Made by a program: the position numbers and the translations under genes
Part shown: piece by piece, positions 17,607-27,356 of the stretch
How positions within the stretch are numbered: position 1 is the stretch's first letter
How the letters are laid out: every line of letters begins with the position of its first letter
Sequence record: SRR20825006_1521
Strand: one strand, 5' to 3'
Length of the DNA stretch: 32,297 bases
The notes under the pieces: generated by a model
Seen by the model: the letters and a program-made list of their open reading frames with translations, nothing else
What the model was told of the DNA's origin: nothing
The model's database searches: none

Positions 17607-18677
17607 ATGGACAGTCTTTTTGGCGATAAAGAGCGCACGTTCTGGATATTCCAGATTGGCGGTTGGACAGGGTATTGTCTGCTCCGTACGTTTCAGGCCA
17701 TCACCAGTGGTCAGGATCTTTATCATTACACTTGGGTGATTATTGCGGCGGCGCTCGTGGGCTTTGCTATGACCAGCGTTATGCGGAACCTATACCGCAT
17801 GGTGCGTGAATGGGCGCTGCACTGGTTGCTTTTGTGTGTGATTTTTGTCTGTGGTGCTTGTGGCTTGATATTCTCGTCCATCGAGCTTTATATCGCGCCG
17901 TTTCTGATGCCGGGCTGGGTACCGTTTACGGGGCTTGAGCTATTCGGGAATGCGATGTTTGAATCGACGGCGCTTTTTGCGTGGTCCGCGCTCTATTTTG
18001 GGTATCACTATTACCAGAGCATGCAGGAACAGCAGGAGCAGGTGCTGAAAGCAACCGCCATGGCGCACCAGGCGCAGCTCAAGATGCTGCGCTACCAACT
18101 GAATCCGCATTTTCTTTTCAATACGTTGAATGCGATTTCGACCCTCGTGCTCGAGAAGGCAGAAACAGATGCCAACCAGATGCTGACAAAGCTTTCGAGC
18201 TTTTTGAGGTTCACGCTGGTCAACCAACCTACACAGCGCATCAGTCTTGATCAGGAGCTTTATGCGCTCGGGCTTTATCTTGATATTGAGAATGTGCGTT
18301 TTGGTGACCGGCTGAAGGTCGATTTTAATATCTCGGAAGCCGCAAGTGCTGCACTTATTCCGAGCCTGCTTTTGCAGCCGCTTATCGAGAATGCCATCAA
18401 ATATGCCATTGCACCATCCATTGAAGGCGGCACCATTCGCGTAAATGCGGACGTGAGCGACGGCAAGCTCATTGTGATTTTGGAAGATGATGGGCCCGGT
18501 CTTGAGGATCTTGAAAACATCGTCAGCCAATCCGGTTCAGGTGTTGGTATTGTGAATACCAAAGAACGCTTGCTGCAGATTTACGGCCCTAATCACCGGT
18601 TTGTATTGACCAATCTGGAGCCAAGCGGGCTTGGCATTCGCATTGAAATACCTTGCGAACGAGAAAAACGCCCGTAA
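17607..18677 (+). CDS. LytS/YehU-family sensor histidine kinase
   Basis: About 4 TM helices, LRYQLNPHFLFNTLNAIS H-box, LQPLIENAIKY, EDDGPG, GVGIVN; start uncertain (alternative ATG 17436). Confidence 0.92.
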   Translation: MDSLFGDKERTFWIFQIGGWTGYCLLRTFQAITSGQDLYHYTWVIIAAALVGFAMTSVMRNLYRMVREWALHWLLLCVIFVCGACGLIFSSIELYIAPFLMPGWVPFTGLELFGNAMFESTALFAWSALYFGYHYYQSMQEQQEQVLKATAMAHQAQLKMLRYQLNPHFLFNTLNAISTLVLEKAETDANQMLTKLSSFLRFTLVNQPTQRISLDQELYALGLYLDIENVRFGDRLKVDFNISEAASAALIPSLLLQPLIENAIKYAIAPSIEGGTIRVNADVSDGKLIVILEDDGPGLEDLENIVSQSGSGVGIVNTKERLLQIYGPNHRFVLTNLEPSGLGIRIEIPCEREKRP

Positions 18678-18714
18678 GCTTTTGCTGGGCAGAAAGACTA
18701 CAGGACTGAATTTT

Positions 18715-19527
18715 ATGGCCAAAATTCGTACACTACTTGTTGATGATGAACCGCTTGCTGTGCGGGGGCTGAGCATTCGCCTGCAGCCGTTTAGCGATGT
18801 GGAAATCATCGGTTCCTGCTCCAACGGTCGTGAAGCAGTGAAGTCGATCAAGGAATTGAAGCCTGATCTCGTGTTTCTCGATATCCAGATGCCGGGCTTT
18901 GATGGTTTTTCTGTTCTGCGCTCGCTTGTTGGCGAGGCGGAGATTCCGCTGGTGGTTTTTGTTACAGCCTATGACCAATATGCACTTGAGGCGTTTGAGG
19001 CCCACGCGCTTGATTACCTGCTTAAACCTGTTGAGGAAGAGCGGCTGGCAGAGGCCATGGCCCGCGTGCGCGAGCATATGACACAGCGTATTGCCATTGA
19101 GCAGAACGCCCGGCTGGTGGCATTGATTGAAAAAATGCAGGACCCACCGGTTGAGGCGCTGACGGCGCTGCTCGAAAAACCGCTCGACAGTAAAGACACC
19201 CGTTTCGACCCACACTTGCGCATTAAGGACCGCGGCCATATCACCATTGTTGACGTGGCGGACGTGGATTTCATTGATGCGGCAGGTGATTATATGTGCA
19301 TCCATGTGGGGGATAAAACTCATATCCTGCGGGAGACCATGAAGACCATGGAGCGGCGGCTGGATCCCAAGATTTTCCAGCGCGTTCACCGGTCTACCAT
19401 CGTGAACCTCGACAAAGTACGCGAGGTCAAACCCCACTCAAACGGCGAATGTTTCCTCACCCTTGAGAACGGTGCCGAGCTGAAGGTAAGCCGATCCTAC
19501 AAGGATGTGGTTGGGCGTTTCCTATAA
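18715..19527 (+). CDS. LytTR-family response regulator
   Basis: LLVDDEPLA, FLDIQMPG, FVTAYDQYA, DYLLKP receiver; FQRVHRSTIVN...VSRSY LytTR domain. Confidence 0.95.
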   Translation: MAKIRTLLVDDEPLAVRGLSIRLQPFSDVEIIGSCSNGREAVKSIKELKPDLVFLDIQMPGFDGFSVLRSLVGEAEIPLVVFVTAYDQYALEAFEAHALDYLLKPVEEERLAEAMARVREHMTQRIAIEQNARLVALIEKMQDPPVEALTALLEKPLDSKDTRFDPHLRIKDRGHITIVDVADVDFIDAAGDYMCIHVGDKTHILRETMKTMERRLDPKIFQRVHRSTIVNLDKVREVKPHSNGECFLTLENGAELKVSRSYKDVVGRFL

Positions 19528-19641
19528 TAACCGGTGGTTCAGGATATGTGGAGAGCTTATCTCTCTGAGGTAGGTATTATGTTTAAGGGTGCTTGAGAAT
19601 TTCTAAGATAACAGCAAACAATAGACATTACGTGTAGAATT

Positions 19642-20283
19642 TCAAGGAGCAGGTGGGTCGCCTTTCGTGCGCTGAATATAATAGGTGCGAAGATTCGTGG
19701 TATCTCGGCCAATGCCTGAGCTGTTTTTCCTGATGAAGTCGATGAAACGCCAATCCTGACCGTAGTCGGCGTCCTGAGGTGGTGCTTTCTGGGCAATACT
19801 GGTGCGGGCAATAATCTCTGCGTGCCCGACCTTACTAAGCGCAAGTTGTGGATGCCGGAGCTTCTGGCCTTTGATGACCGTCTCAAAAAGAACCAGATCG
19901 AATTCGCCGTTTTTTACGGGCCTGTAATAATTCTCAAAGTGCATCGGGCTGATACGGTCGTCGTTGTCGAGAAAAATCATATAGCTCTTTGTGGCCATCG
20001 CGATGCCGCGATTGCGGGCTTCATAGCCATATCCACCATAATTTTTATCGAGGTTGATCGTGCGAATGGTATTTCCGCGTTCCTCCGCCTCCCTGCGGGC
20101 ATTTTGGAATTCAGGATCTTCCAAAAGTTCGGTAAAGTCGGGGCAGCAATCTCCAACTAGGATCAACTCCCATCCATCTACGGTTTGGTTCAGGATATCC
20201 CTCATCATACGGCGTGTTGAGAGGGGTCGGCCAAAGCAGGGCATAATCGCAGATAAATCAATGAACACTGTTATAAACCTCAA
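19642..20283 (-). CDS. Glycosyltransferase family 2
   Basis: QTVDGWELILVGD, ARNRGIAMA, IFLDNDD (DxD), QDWRFI; start uncertain. Confidence 0.82.
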   Translation of the reverse strand: MRFITVFIDLSAIMPCFGRPLSTRRMMRDILNQTVDGWELILVGDCCPDFTELLEDPEFQNARREAEERGNTIRTINLDKNYGGYGYEARNRGIAMATKSYMIFLDNDDRISPMHFENYYRPVKNGEFDLVLFETVIKGQKLRHPQLALSKVGHAEIIARTSIAQKAPPQDADYGQDWRFIDFIRKNSSGIGRDTTNLRTYYIQRTKGDPPAP

Positions 20284-20511
20284 TTAGGGTGTTGTTTAAA
20301 CACTTAATATGTTGTTCTTATGCATGCGGCAAGGACAGAGACTAGGAAATCAATCAATCGCGACATATAACAGCAACTCTATGAGCGATAACAGCACGTT
20401 GGTTCGCGATGGTGCTTGGAAGCTATGGAATAAGTATTGATTTATGTTTGGCTCAGCTTCAGGGCACAGAGATGGCATGCGTTGAAGACTGGGAAACAAT
20501 TGGGGCAATAA

Positions 20512-21465
20512 ATGAGTGGAATAGAGTGTAAACGAGTGTTGGTTACTGGAGGTGCGGGGTTTCTTGGCTCTCATCTGTGCGAGCGGCTTTTAAACGACGG
20601 TCATGATGTTCTCTGCGTGGATAACTATTACACCGGCTCTAAGCAAAATGTGCAGCACCTGTTCGAGCATCCGCTTTTTGAGTTAATGCGCCACGATGTA
20701 ACTTTCCCGCTCCATGTCGAAGTGGACGAAATTTACAATCTGGCTTGCCCTGCTTCGCCAATTCATTATCAGCGCGACCCGGTCCAGACGACGAAGACAA
20801 GCGTGCATGGTGCGATCAATATGTTGGGTCTCGCAAAACGCCTTAAGGCCAAGATTTTACAAGCCTCAACAAGTGAGGTTTATGGCGATCCTGAAATGCA
20901 TCCACAGCCCGAAACATACTGGGGCAGTGTGAACCCGGTGGGTGTTCGGTCCTGCTATGATGAAGGTAAGCGGTGTGCGGAAACACTCTTCTTCGATTAT
21001 TATCGGCAGCATAACCTACAGATCAAAGTTGCTAGAATTTTCAACACCTATGGCCCGCGTATGGCGATTGATGACGGTAGGGTTGTTTCAAATTTTATTG
21101 TTCAGGCCCTCAGGGGCAAGGACATAACGATCTATGGCGAAGGACAACAGACGCGCTCGTTTTGTTATGTGGATGACCTAGTGGATGGCTTGGTACGTTT
21201 GATGGGGCGGGGGCCGGAGTTCACGGGACCAGTAAATATCGGCAACAATTCGGAAATGACGGTGCGGGAGTTGGCGGAAAAGGTTATCGATTTTGTCGGC
21301 TCACCTTCCAAACTGATCTTTCGGCCTTTGCCGGAAGATGATCCGATGCAGCGTCAACCAGACCTTACCCTTGCGAACAAAGAACTGGGTTGGCGACCAT
21401 CAACAAGTCTGGATATTGGGTTGCGTAAAACAATCGACTATTTTGAAGAAGTGTTAAAAGGCTGA
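20512..21465 (+). CDS. uxs: UDP-glucuronic acid decarboxylase (UDP-xylose synthase family)
   Basis: [63 protein letters not shown]. Confidence 0.92.
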   Translation: MSGIECKRVLVTGGAGFLGSHLCERLLNDGHDVLCVDNYYTGSKQNVQHLFEHPLFELMRHDVTFPLHVEVDEIYNLACPASPIHYQRDPVQTTKTSVHGAINMLGLAKRLKAKILQASTSEVYGDPEMHPQPETYWGSVNPVGVRSCYDEGKRCAETLFFDYYRQHNLQIKVARIFNTYGPRMAIDDGRVVSNFIVQALRGKDITIYGEGQQTRSFCYVDDLVDGLVRLMGRGPEFTGPVNIGNNSEMTVRELAEKVIDFVGSPSKLIFRPLPEDDPMQRQPDLTLANKELGWRPSTSLDIGLRKTIDYFEEVLKG

Positions 21466-21549
21466 TGAGTTCGGGATAGTTTGGTTTTCGCTCGCATAGC
21501 CTAGACACAATTTATGTCATCTAACATCATTTAATTTTAGAGAGTTTTC

Positions 21550-22374
21550 ATGCTTCCCCCAAAATTAGCAATTGCGGTCACTTTTCACTATGTCGAGGCG
21601 CGACTGCAGTATTTGAACATTATTTCTGATCATTTTTCGAGCCTCGCCGATGAGGTGAAGGTGGTGATAGTTACAAACACCAGCGACGAAGATGAGTTAC
21701 AGAGAATTCACGATACAGTTGGGGGTAAGGGATTCGAATATTCATTTTTCACGCCTTATGGCTTGGGGCACCCCTACTTGCTGGCTTGGTCTCACCTTTA
21801 TGTGTTTCGCCGGTGGTTTGATGATCAGTCAATTTCGCATTTCATGTATTTGGAAGACGATATTTTGTTAACCAAAGCGAATATCGAATACTGGACGGCC
21901 GCTAGGGAAGTATTGCGACAATACAACGTTGTTCCGTCTTTTCTTCGGGTGGAGAAAAAAGATGGCGATGACCGCTGGTATAGTAGTGACTGTTTAAAAG
22001 CTCATGATATCAACGAGCTGCCACGAATCAATTTTCAAAGTCAGAGAATGTTTGTAAATTTACCGAGGTTGTATCAGGGCATGTACTTGCTGGACAGACC
22101 TCTGATGGCGGAGCATTTGGCTGGTCCGACTTCGATACCTGAGCATAGCCCTTGGGGAATTCGGGAAAAAGCAGCCGCAGGCATTACATTTTGCAACGTA
22201 CAAAAAGGTATGTATTCTCGTAATTTTATACCATTCGTTGTTCATACCCAAAAAATTGACACCGTTTGTTTCATTCATCATACACCTAACAACTATGCCA
22301 ACGATCCCAATCAAGAAATCGAACTGGGCAAGATGCTTGCGGATGATGTCCTTTATATCAAAGGCATCCAGTAG
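21550..22374 (+). CDS. Hypothetical protein, possible GT-A fold
   Basis: 274 aa; HFMYLEDDI motif and a late His; located in the glycan cluster. Confidence 0.6.
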   Translation: MLPPKLAIAVTFHYVEARLQYLNIISDHFSSLADEVKVVIVTNTSDEDELQRIHDTVGGKGFEYSFFTPYGLGHPYLLAWSHLYVFRRWFDDQSISHFMYLEDDILLTKANIEYWTAAREVLRQYNVVPSFLRVEKKDGDDRWYSSDCLKAHDINELPRINFQSQRMFVNLPRLYQGMYLLDRPLMAEHLAGPTSIPEHSPWGIREKAAAGITFCNVQKGMYSRNFIPFVVHTQKIDTVCFIHHTPNNYANDPNQEIELGKMLADDVLYIKGIQ

Positions 22375-22429
22375 TCGAAGGTATGGCCGTAAGGCTAACC
22401 CGGTGTGTTCGTGCGGTTGTGGTTTGTTG

Positions 22430-23107
22430 TTATGCAGATTTCCGGGTCCTGAAGAGGTATTGATAGGTTGACCAATCTCTTTTTCGGTCCGCGCTAACCT
22501 GATCCGGAGATTTGTCGAGCAGCTTGGCTAGCGTGGCTACAGCCTGCTGGGTTTTCTCTTCATTCACGATAATGCTGTTGCACGTCTCGACTGTTAGTCC
22601 AGCGCCTGTCAATAACTCGATAAAGGTAGAGCGGGTAAAAAAGCGCAGATGTGTCCTATCGAGCAAGCCCTGATCCTGGTACCGAAAGTTACCGTTAACA
22701 AGCGCGTAGATCATGCTCCAATGCGACACATTGGGTATGCAAATGCAGACTGTACCTCCCGGTTTTAAATATTCCAGGTGAGTTTGCAGAGCTTTCCACG
22801 GGTCGACAAAGTGCTCAATGACGTCGCCATATATCATTAGGTCGAATGAATTTCGCTCAAAGCCAGAGGCCAGCAGGTCTACCGTTTCAGCATTTCCGGT
22901 CAAGACCATATCAAAGTGTTGACGAGCTTCGTTCGCGGCGACATCAAAAAGTTCAACGCCGACACTATAGGTCTCCGGAAATCTCTCCCTGTAAGCGCCC
23001 ATGAAGAGCCCGGAGCTACAGCCAAACTCCAATACACGCTCGGCTTCAGGGCATATATTCAGAAGGTGGCGATTGATGTTGTTATAGAAAACTTTCTCTT
23101 CTGACAT
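22430..23107 (-). CDS. Class I SAM-dependent methyltransferase
   Basis: VLEFGCSSG, GDVIEHFVDPW, LKPGG, IPNVSH, GLLDRTHLRFFT. Confidence 0.92.
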   Translation of the reverse strand: MSEEKVFYNNINRHLLNICPEAERVLEFGCSSGLFMGAYRERFPETYSVGVELFDVAANEARQHFDMVLTGNAETVDLLASGFERNSFDLMIYGDVIEHFVDPWKALQTHLEYLKPGGTVCICIPNVSHWSMIYALVNGNFRYQDQGLLDRTHLRFFTRSTFIELLTGAGLTVETCNSIIVNEEKTQQAVATLAKLLDKSPDQVSADRKRDWSTYQYLFRTRKSA

Positions 23108-23436
23108 CTGTATTAACCAATCGCCTGCTTGAACTTAGGTTGGGGTGGAGCTTTGTATTTGAGTGACCAACCACCCTTTGTGACGGGTTGTGAGCTATCG
23201 TCGGTTTCGATCAAACTATAATGCAAACGTCTCGTTGCACAACCCTATGTACAGCCGTGTCGATGTGTTGACGACCTGGAGGAGCGGAATTTGCAATCGT
23301 CAGCGCGGGTCTAATCCTAGTGCCAGCGACAACATGTGGCGGGCCATAAACATGACGCTGCTGTAAGAGCTAGGGAGGAAACCAAGGGGCGCTTAAAACG
23401 ACCATCGAGACGCATGATTAACATGGCTCAGTCAGT

Positions 23437-24687
23437 TTATGGAGCGCGGGTGTCTGTCAGGGAATCATAAAGTGCCTTGATTTGGGTCAGGTGCTCTTTG
23501 GCGCTCATCACTTTAGTAGCGCGCGCTGTGTTCTGCATGTTCCGCAACTTTTCGCGATCGTTGTGTAGATCCATCAAGATGTCATGTAGCCGCCCGAGAC
23601 TATATGGAGACACGACAAAGCCGTTCTTGCCGTGTTGAACGCGTTCGCCTGGGGCGCCAAGGTTTGTGACGATGGGTACGATACCTGCAGACCAAGCCTC
23701 GCTGAGGGCTATCATATAGCTTTCTGGCGCAATGGTCAGGTGCAGTGAAACGTCATGTTCGCTCATGAGTTTGATGGCGTCTTCCGGTACATAACCTCCA
23801 ACGAATTTGGTGTTTGGTAACTCCACCTCTTTCAACAGGTTTTCAATACGGTCTTCATGCACAGGGCCCAATACAGTGAAGCGGATTGGCAAATGTGTCA
23901 TACCAGCCATCAGGCGTATGGTGGGTACGGCCCCTTTGAAGGTCGTGAAGGTGCCTGGAATTACTACACGCAGCTCCTCTGTGTCGTTACGGGTGCTTAC
24001 CTGGCCCTTGGGGGCGCCGTGAGGCATCATCATTTCTATTATATGAGTTCCGCCTATGGGCGCGTCTGGATAGATGCTCATCATGGCATCACGGGAGAAG
24101 GCAGTATTAAAAACAATGGCGTTAAAGGCTTGTAGTATGGTTGCAACTGAATTGCGTCGTTTTGTCTGTGATCCCGGGGCGGCCTTGTGTGTGATTTGCA
24201 GGCAAAAGTCGCACTGGCTGACGGGCTCTTCAAGAGTATTACAATACCGGGCGTTGTAGTCGAGCAGGACATACTTTTGACAGATCAGGTAATGGTCATG
24301 CCAAGTAAAGACGCAGGGTACGTCTTGCTCGCGGCAAACCTGCGGCAATAATAGTGGTAGGCCCAGCAGGTGCTGGAAATGTACGATATCGACCTTGAAA
24401 CGTTGGAGCAGTTCACGAAACAGCCGTGCGCCTTCAGCATTGCGAGCACGACCGCCAGTCTTAACGTGTTCGAGAGGCTGATCTATAACCCTCGCCCCGC
24501 GATATACCAAGCGCCAGTGAGGTTTGCCATCAATTAGGGTCGGATAGAGCATGGAGGCGTAATAGCCCGATATTTTTTTCAGTTGTTCTTGGTATACTTC
24601 GATGCCGCCGCCCTTGAATTCACCCGCAACGTTGTGGGTGACAATCAGAAGGTGTTTTCTACCGTTATGGATGGGAGCTTGGGACAT
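23437..24687 (-). CDS. Glycosyltransferase family 4 (GT-B)
   Basis: GGGIEVY, DIVHFQHL, TWHDHYLIC, ESYMIALSEAWSAGIVPIVT (Ex7E), ERVQHGKNGF. Confidence 0.9.
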   Translation of the reverse strand: MSQAPIHNGRKHLLIVTHNVAGEFKGGGIEVYQEQLKKISGYYASMLYPTLIDGKPHWRLVYRGARVIDQPLEHVKTGGRARNAEGARLFRELLQRFKVDIVHFQHLLGLPLLLPQVCREQDVPCVFTWHDHYLICQKYVLLDYNARYCNTLEEPVSQCDFCLQITHKAAPGSQTKRRNSVATILQAFNAIVFNTAFSRDAMMSIYPDAPIGGTHIIEMMMPHGAPKGQVSTRNDTEELRVVIPGTFTTFKGAVPTIRLMAGMTHLPIRFTVLGPVHEDRIENLLKEVELPNTKFVGGYVPEDAIKLMSEHDVSLHLTIAPESYMIALSEAWSAGIVPIVTNLGAPGERVQHGKNGFVVSPYSLGRLHDILMDLHNDREKLRNMQNTARATKVMSAKEHLTQIKALYDSLTDTRAP

Positions 24688-24768
24688 AATATTATCGGGT
24701 TTTCCTAGTTTCAGCTTGAGCTCAAAGTGCCTCGTCCTCGAGGCGGATAATGTGGTTGTTTCAGTAGA

Positions 24769-25506
24769 TTAATTTAGCTTGATAGCAAGGCGTACATCCT
24801 CGTTTATTCGTATAAGAAGGGGAGCGTTGACCTCTGAGAAATACTCGTCTACGGCTTTTCTAGCTCCTGCCCAATGGCCATAGTCATCAATGATCAGCAC
24901 CCCACCTTTTGAAAGTTTGGGGTACAGGTTTTCCAACTCGCATTTGGTGGATTCATACCAATCAGTATCCAGCCGTAAGATGGATATACTTTTAGGCTGT
25001 TTTTTAGGGATGGTTTTAAGCACATCCCCCTTGATCAAATTCACTGGAAACTGGAAGTTTTGTTGCCTGAAGGTCTGAGTGACATCTTCTACAGAAGCAT
25101 AACACCATCCATTTTCATCGCTGAATTTTTCCATCATGGAGTGGGCGGATGTACCGTTTTTATCGACATCATGCTTGGTCGGTTCAGTCATGCCTTGAAA
25201 TGTGTCATATAGGTAGAGAGATCTGTTGGTTACGCCCCGCTTTTTCAGAATTAAACCCGCTAGAAGCGAGCTGCCACCACGCCAAACACCACATTCAACA
25301 AAGTCCCCTGAAATGTTCTGGTCGAGTACGTAGTTCATTGCACTATACAAGGCAAACATGGCAGACTTTGCCGTCATGCTATAGGGGCGAGCTGCGTTAA
25401 AAATCTGGGAAAAAAGTGGATCATTGTCGATATCAGGTATGGGATGATCAACCAGTAGGGCGCTTTGTTTCGTAGAATATCGTATTTTGCGTGCTGTTGG
25501 CTTCAT
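24769..25506 (-). CDS. TylF/MycF/NovP-family sugar O-methyltransferase
   Basis: GDFVECGVWRGGS, YDTFQGM, LRLDTDWYESTK, GGVLIIDDYGHWAGARKAVDEYF. Confidence 0.95.
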   Translation of the reverse strand: MKPTARKIRYSTKQSALLVDHPIPDIDNDPLFSQIFNAARPYSMTAKSAMFALYSAMNYVLDQNISGDFVECGVWRGGSSLLAGLILKKRGVTNRSLYLYDTFQGMTEPTKHDVDKNGTSAHSMMEKFSDENGWCYASVEDVTQTFRQQNFQFPVNLIKGDVLKTIPKKQPKSISILRLDTDWYESTKCELENLYPKLSKGGVLIIDDYGHWAGARKAVDEYFSEVNAPLLIRINEDVRLAIKLN

Positions 25507-25525
25507 CTGTTTATCTCGTCAATAA

Positions 25526-26431
25526 TTATGCCCGGAAAAAACTAGAGAGAAAATGTGCCCATTGAAGGTCAACCTGCGTGAGTACATGTGATTGCACATA
25601 ATATTGGTCAGGTAGTTCGGAGAGATCCGGTCGGTTATAGGTTTTGGCGTCCACGCCGGCGAGATGCTGAAGAAAGCCGAATTTTTCAACCATATTGTCT
25701 GGTATCGCAAGGATGTTGGTCTCGGTGTTTCCTGCGAATATGTCTTGCGAGTTTTTGCGGATATTAAACTTGGGAAAGGCCTTGGTAACTGACCAGAAAC
25801 ACTTATAGCCGAGGCGAAGCAAAGTGTCTTGAATGACCAAAAAGTTGTTTTCCGAGTTCTGTTCAAAGAACAGTATTGGTTGTAGTCGCTTGAGTGTGTT
25901 GTTAGCACCTTCAAATACGTCTTTTTCCATGCCCTCAACATCAATCTTAATAAGCGCGCACTTATTAAGCTCCAGGTCATCAATGCTAAGCTGTAGTAGG
26001 GGGGTAACGGGAGCATTCGTTTCCTCTTCGCCCAGAAAACTCGTGGCTCCCAGATTTTGCTGATTCAGTTGGAAATTGGGGGAGCGTACAATTTTTGAAG
26101 AACTGCTTACTAGGGCTTTATAGAGCGTGAGGTTGTCGAGGTTATTCATTTGTTGGTTGAGCGTCAGAATCTCATAGTTGGTGTCGACGGGTTCGAACGA
26201 GATTACTGTGCCCGTTTCCCCTACTTTTCGAGAGAAGAAAATCGAGTGAAAGCCGATATTTGCGCCAATATCCAGAACACAATTCCCCGGCTCTATAATG
26301 CTATTAAGAACAGCAATTTCTCCAGGTGCCCATTCGCCATATACCTTTAGTGACTGGCCAATACATTGGTCCCTTCTATCGTGGATCATGTTGCCAAAGC
26401 GGGTAGGGTAACAGGCAAGGTTTTTTTTCAT
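25526..26431 (-). CDS. FkbM-family methyltransferase
   Basis: IGQSLKVYGEW, VLDIGANIG, SFEP, IKIDVEGME. Confidence 0.92.
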   Translation of the reverse strand: MKKNLACYPTRFGNMIHDRRDQCIGQSLKVYGEWAPGEIAVLNSIIEPGNCVLDIGANIGFHSIFFSRKVGETGTVISFEPVDTNYEILTLNQQMNNLDNLTLYKALVSSSSKIVRSPNFQLNQQNLGATSFLGEEETNAPVTPLLQLSIDDLELNKCALIKIDVEGMEKDVFEGANNTLKRLQPILFFEQNSENNFLVIQDTLLRLGYKCFWSVTKAFPKFNIRKNSQDIFAGNTETNILAIPDNMVEKFGFLQHLAGVDAKTYNRPDLSELPDQYYVQSHVLTQVDLQWAHFLSSFFRA

Positions 26432-26583
26432 TGTGACCCTTTCTAGGTACAGCTTCTAAGTATCGGTTCTATGTGAACATACCGTAGTAAGATGTCAAAT
26501 ATCAGACTTACCAATGAGCAATGTTAGGAGAGCTATGATGCAGATACCTATACGCCGTTGAGTACTGGCATGCCGCAAAAAAA

Positions 26584-27348
26584 TTATTGTGGGGCAGAGA
26601 AATAGCTGTTGAAAGCGAGCTGTTCATCCATTTTTTTGTTGCGCCGAGGTATGCTGGCCGCCTGGAGCGATTGCGATTGCGTTGCCGGATGCTCAAGATA
26701 TTCACACAGTCGAGAGACCTAGAATAAGGGATCGTGTACTAGCTCTTCGTAACAGAGTTCAAGATGGTTCTTTACAGTCCCATTTTGAACCAGCGCGTTG
26801 AAGAATCTGTGTTGTTCCATGGCAAAACTGAGGCTCCCATCGATGGTGGCACAGCGCTGGGTGAATTGTACCTTGGATACGGAGAAATTTCCCTCAGGCG
26901 GGAAAAGGCCATCCTTGATCATTTTTTGATGTCGCTTCGTGAGCGACCGTGCAATATCCCAAGGGCTGCGCCGGATATAGATGACCTTGGCATCGGGAAA
27001 GGTTTTAAGCCAATAGGGTAAAGTGGTCAGCGTGCGCGGATCCTTAAAGCCCCAAAAGCCATCCATAGGGCCAAATTTTTCGGCAATCAGTTCAGCGTTG
27101 GCGGTTAATATCGTTTCAATGTAATTTTCACCGGTTGGCACTACTTCCGGATATGCAGGCGCATCCCAACTGCTGTTAGTTATTTGAAAATACTTGTTGT
27201 TGACGTTGATCATGATCATGCTCTCATGATCATCTTGTAAATTCTTGCCAACAAATAACCCCAGCGCTTCCAGCATTCGCGTAAGCATGCTGGTGCCGCT
27301 CCTGTGCAAACCAACGATGAGGACGGGTGGTGTCATTGGTAGAGACAT
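26584..27348 (-). pseudogene. Sulfotransferase with an internal in-frame TAG at 26719-26721
   Basis: 5'-PSB IVGLHRSGTSML, WGFKDPR, IRRSPWDIARSL, YEELVHDP; the frame continues past TAG as VSRLCEYLE for 44 codons to TAA at 26584. Confidence 0.8.
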
Positions 27349-27356
27349 GACCAAAA

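Noticed and set aside
23108..23436. sRNA or riboswitch in the 330-bp gap
   Set aside because: Only a weak hairpin and a possible promoter; no recognisable RNA motif
26508..26705. 65-aa minus-strand ORF as a separate gene
   Set aside because: Region is better explained by the in-frame continuation of the sulfotransferase in another frame
19530..27350. Prophage or integrative element
   Set aside because: No integrase, transposase, phage gene, tRNA or att-like repeat seen
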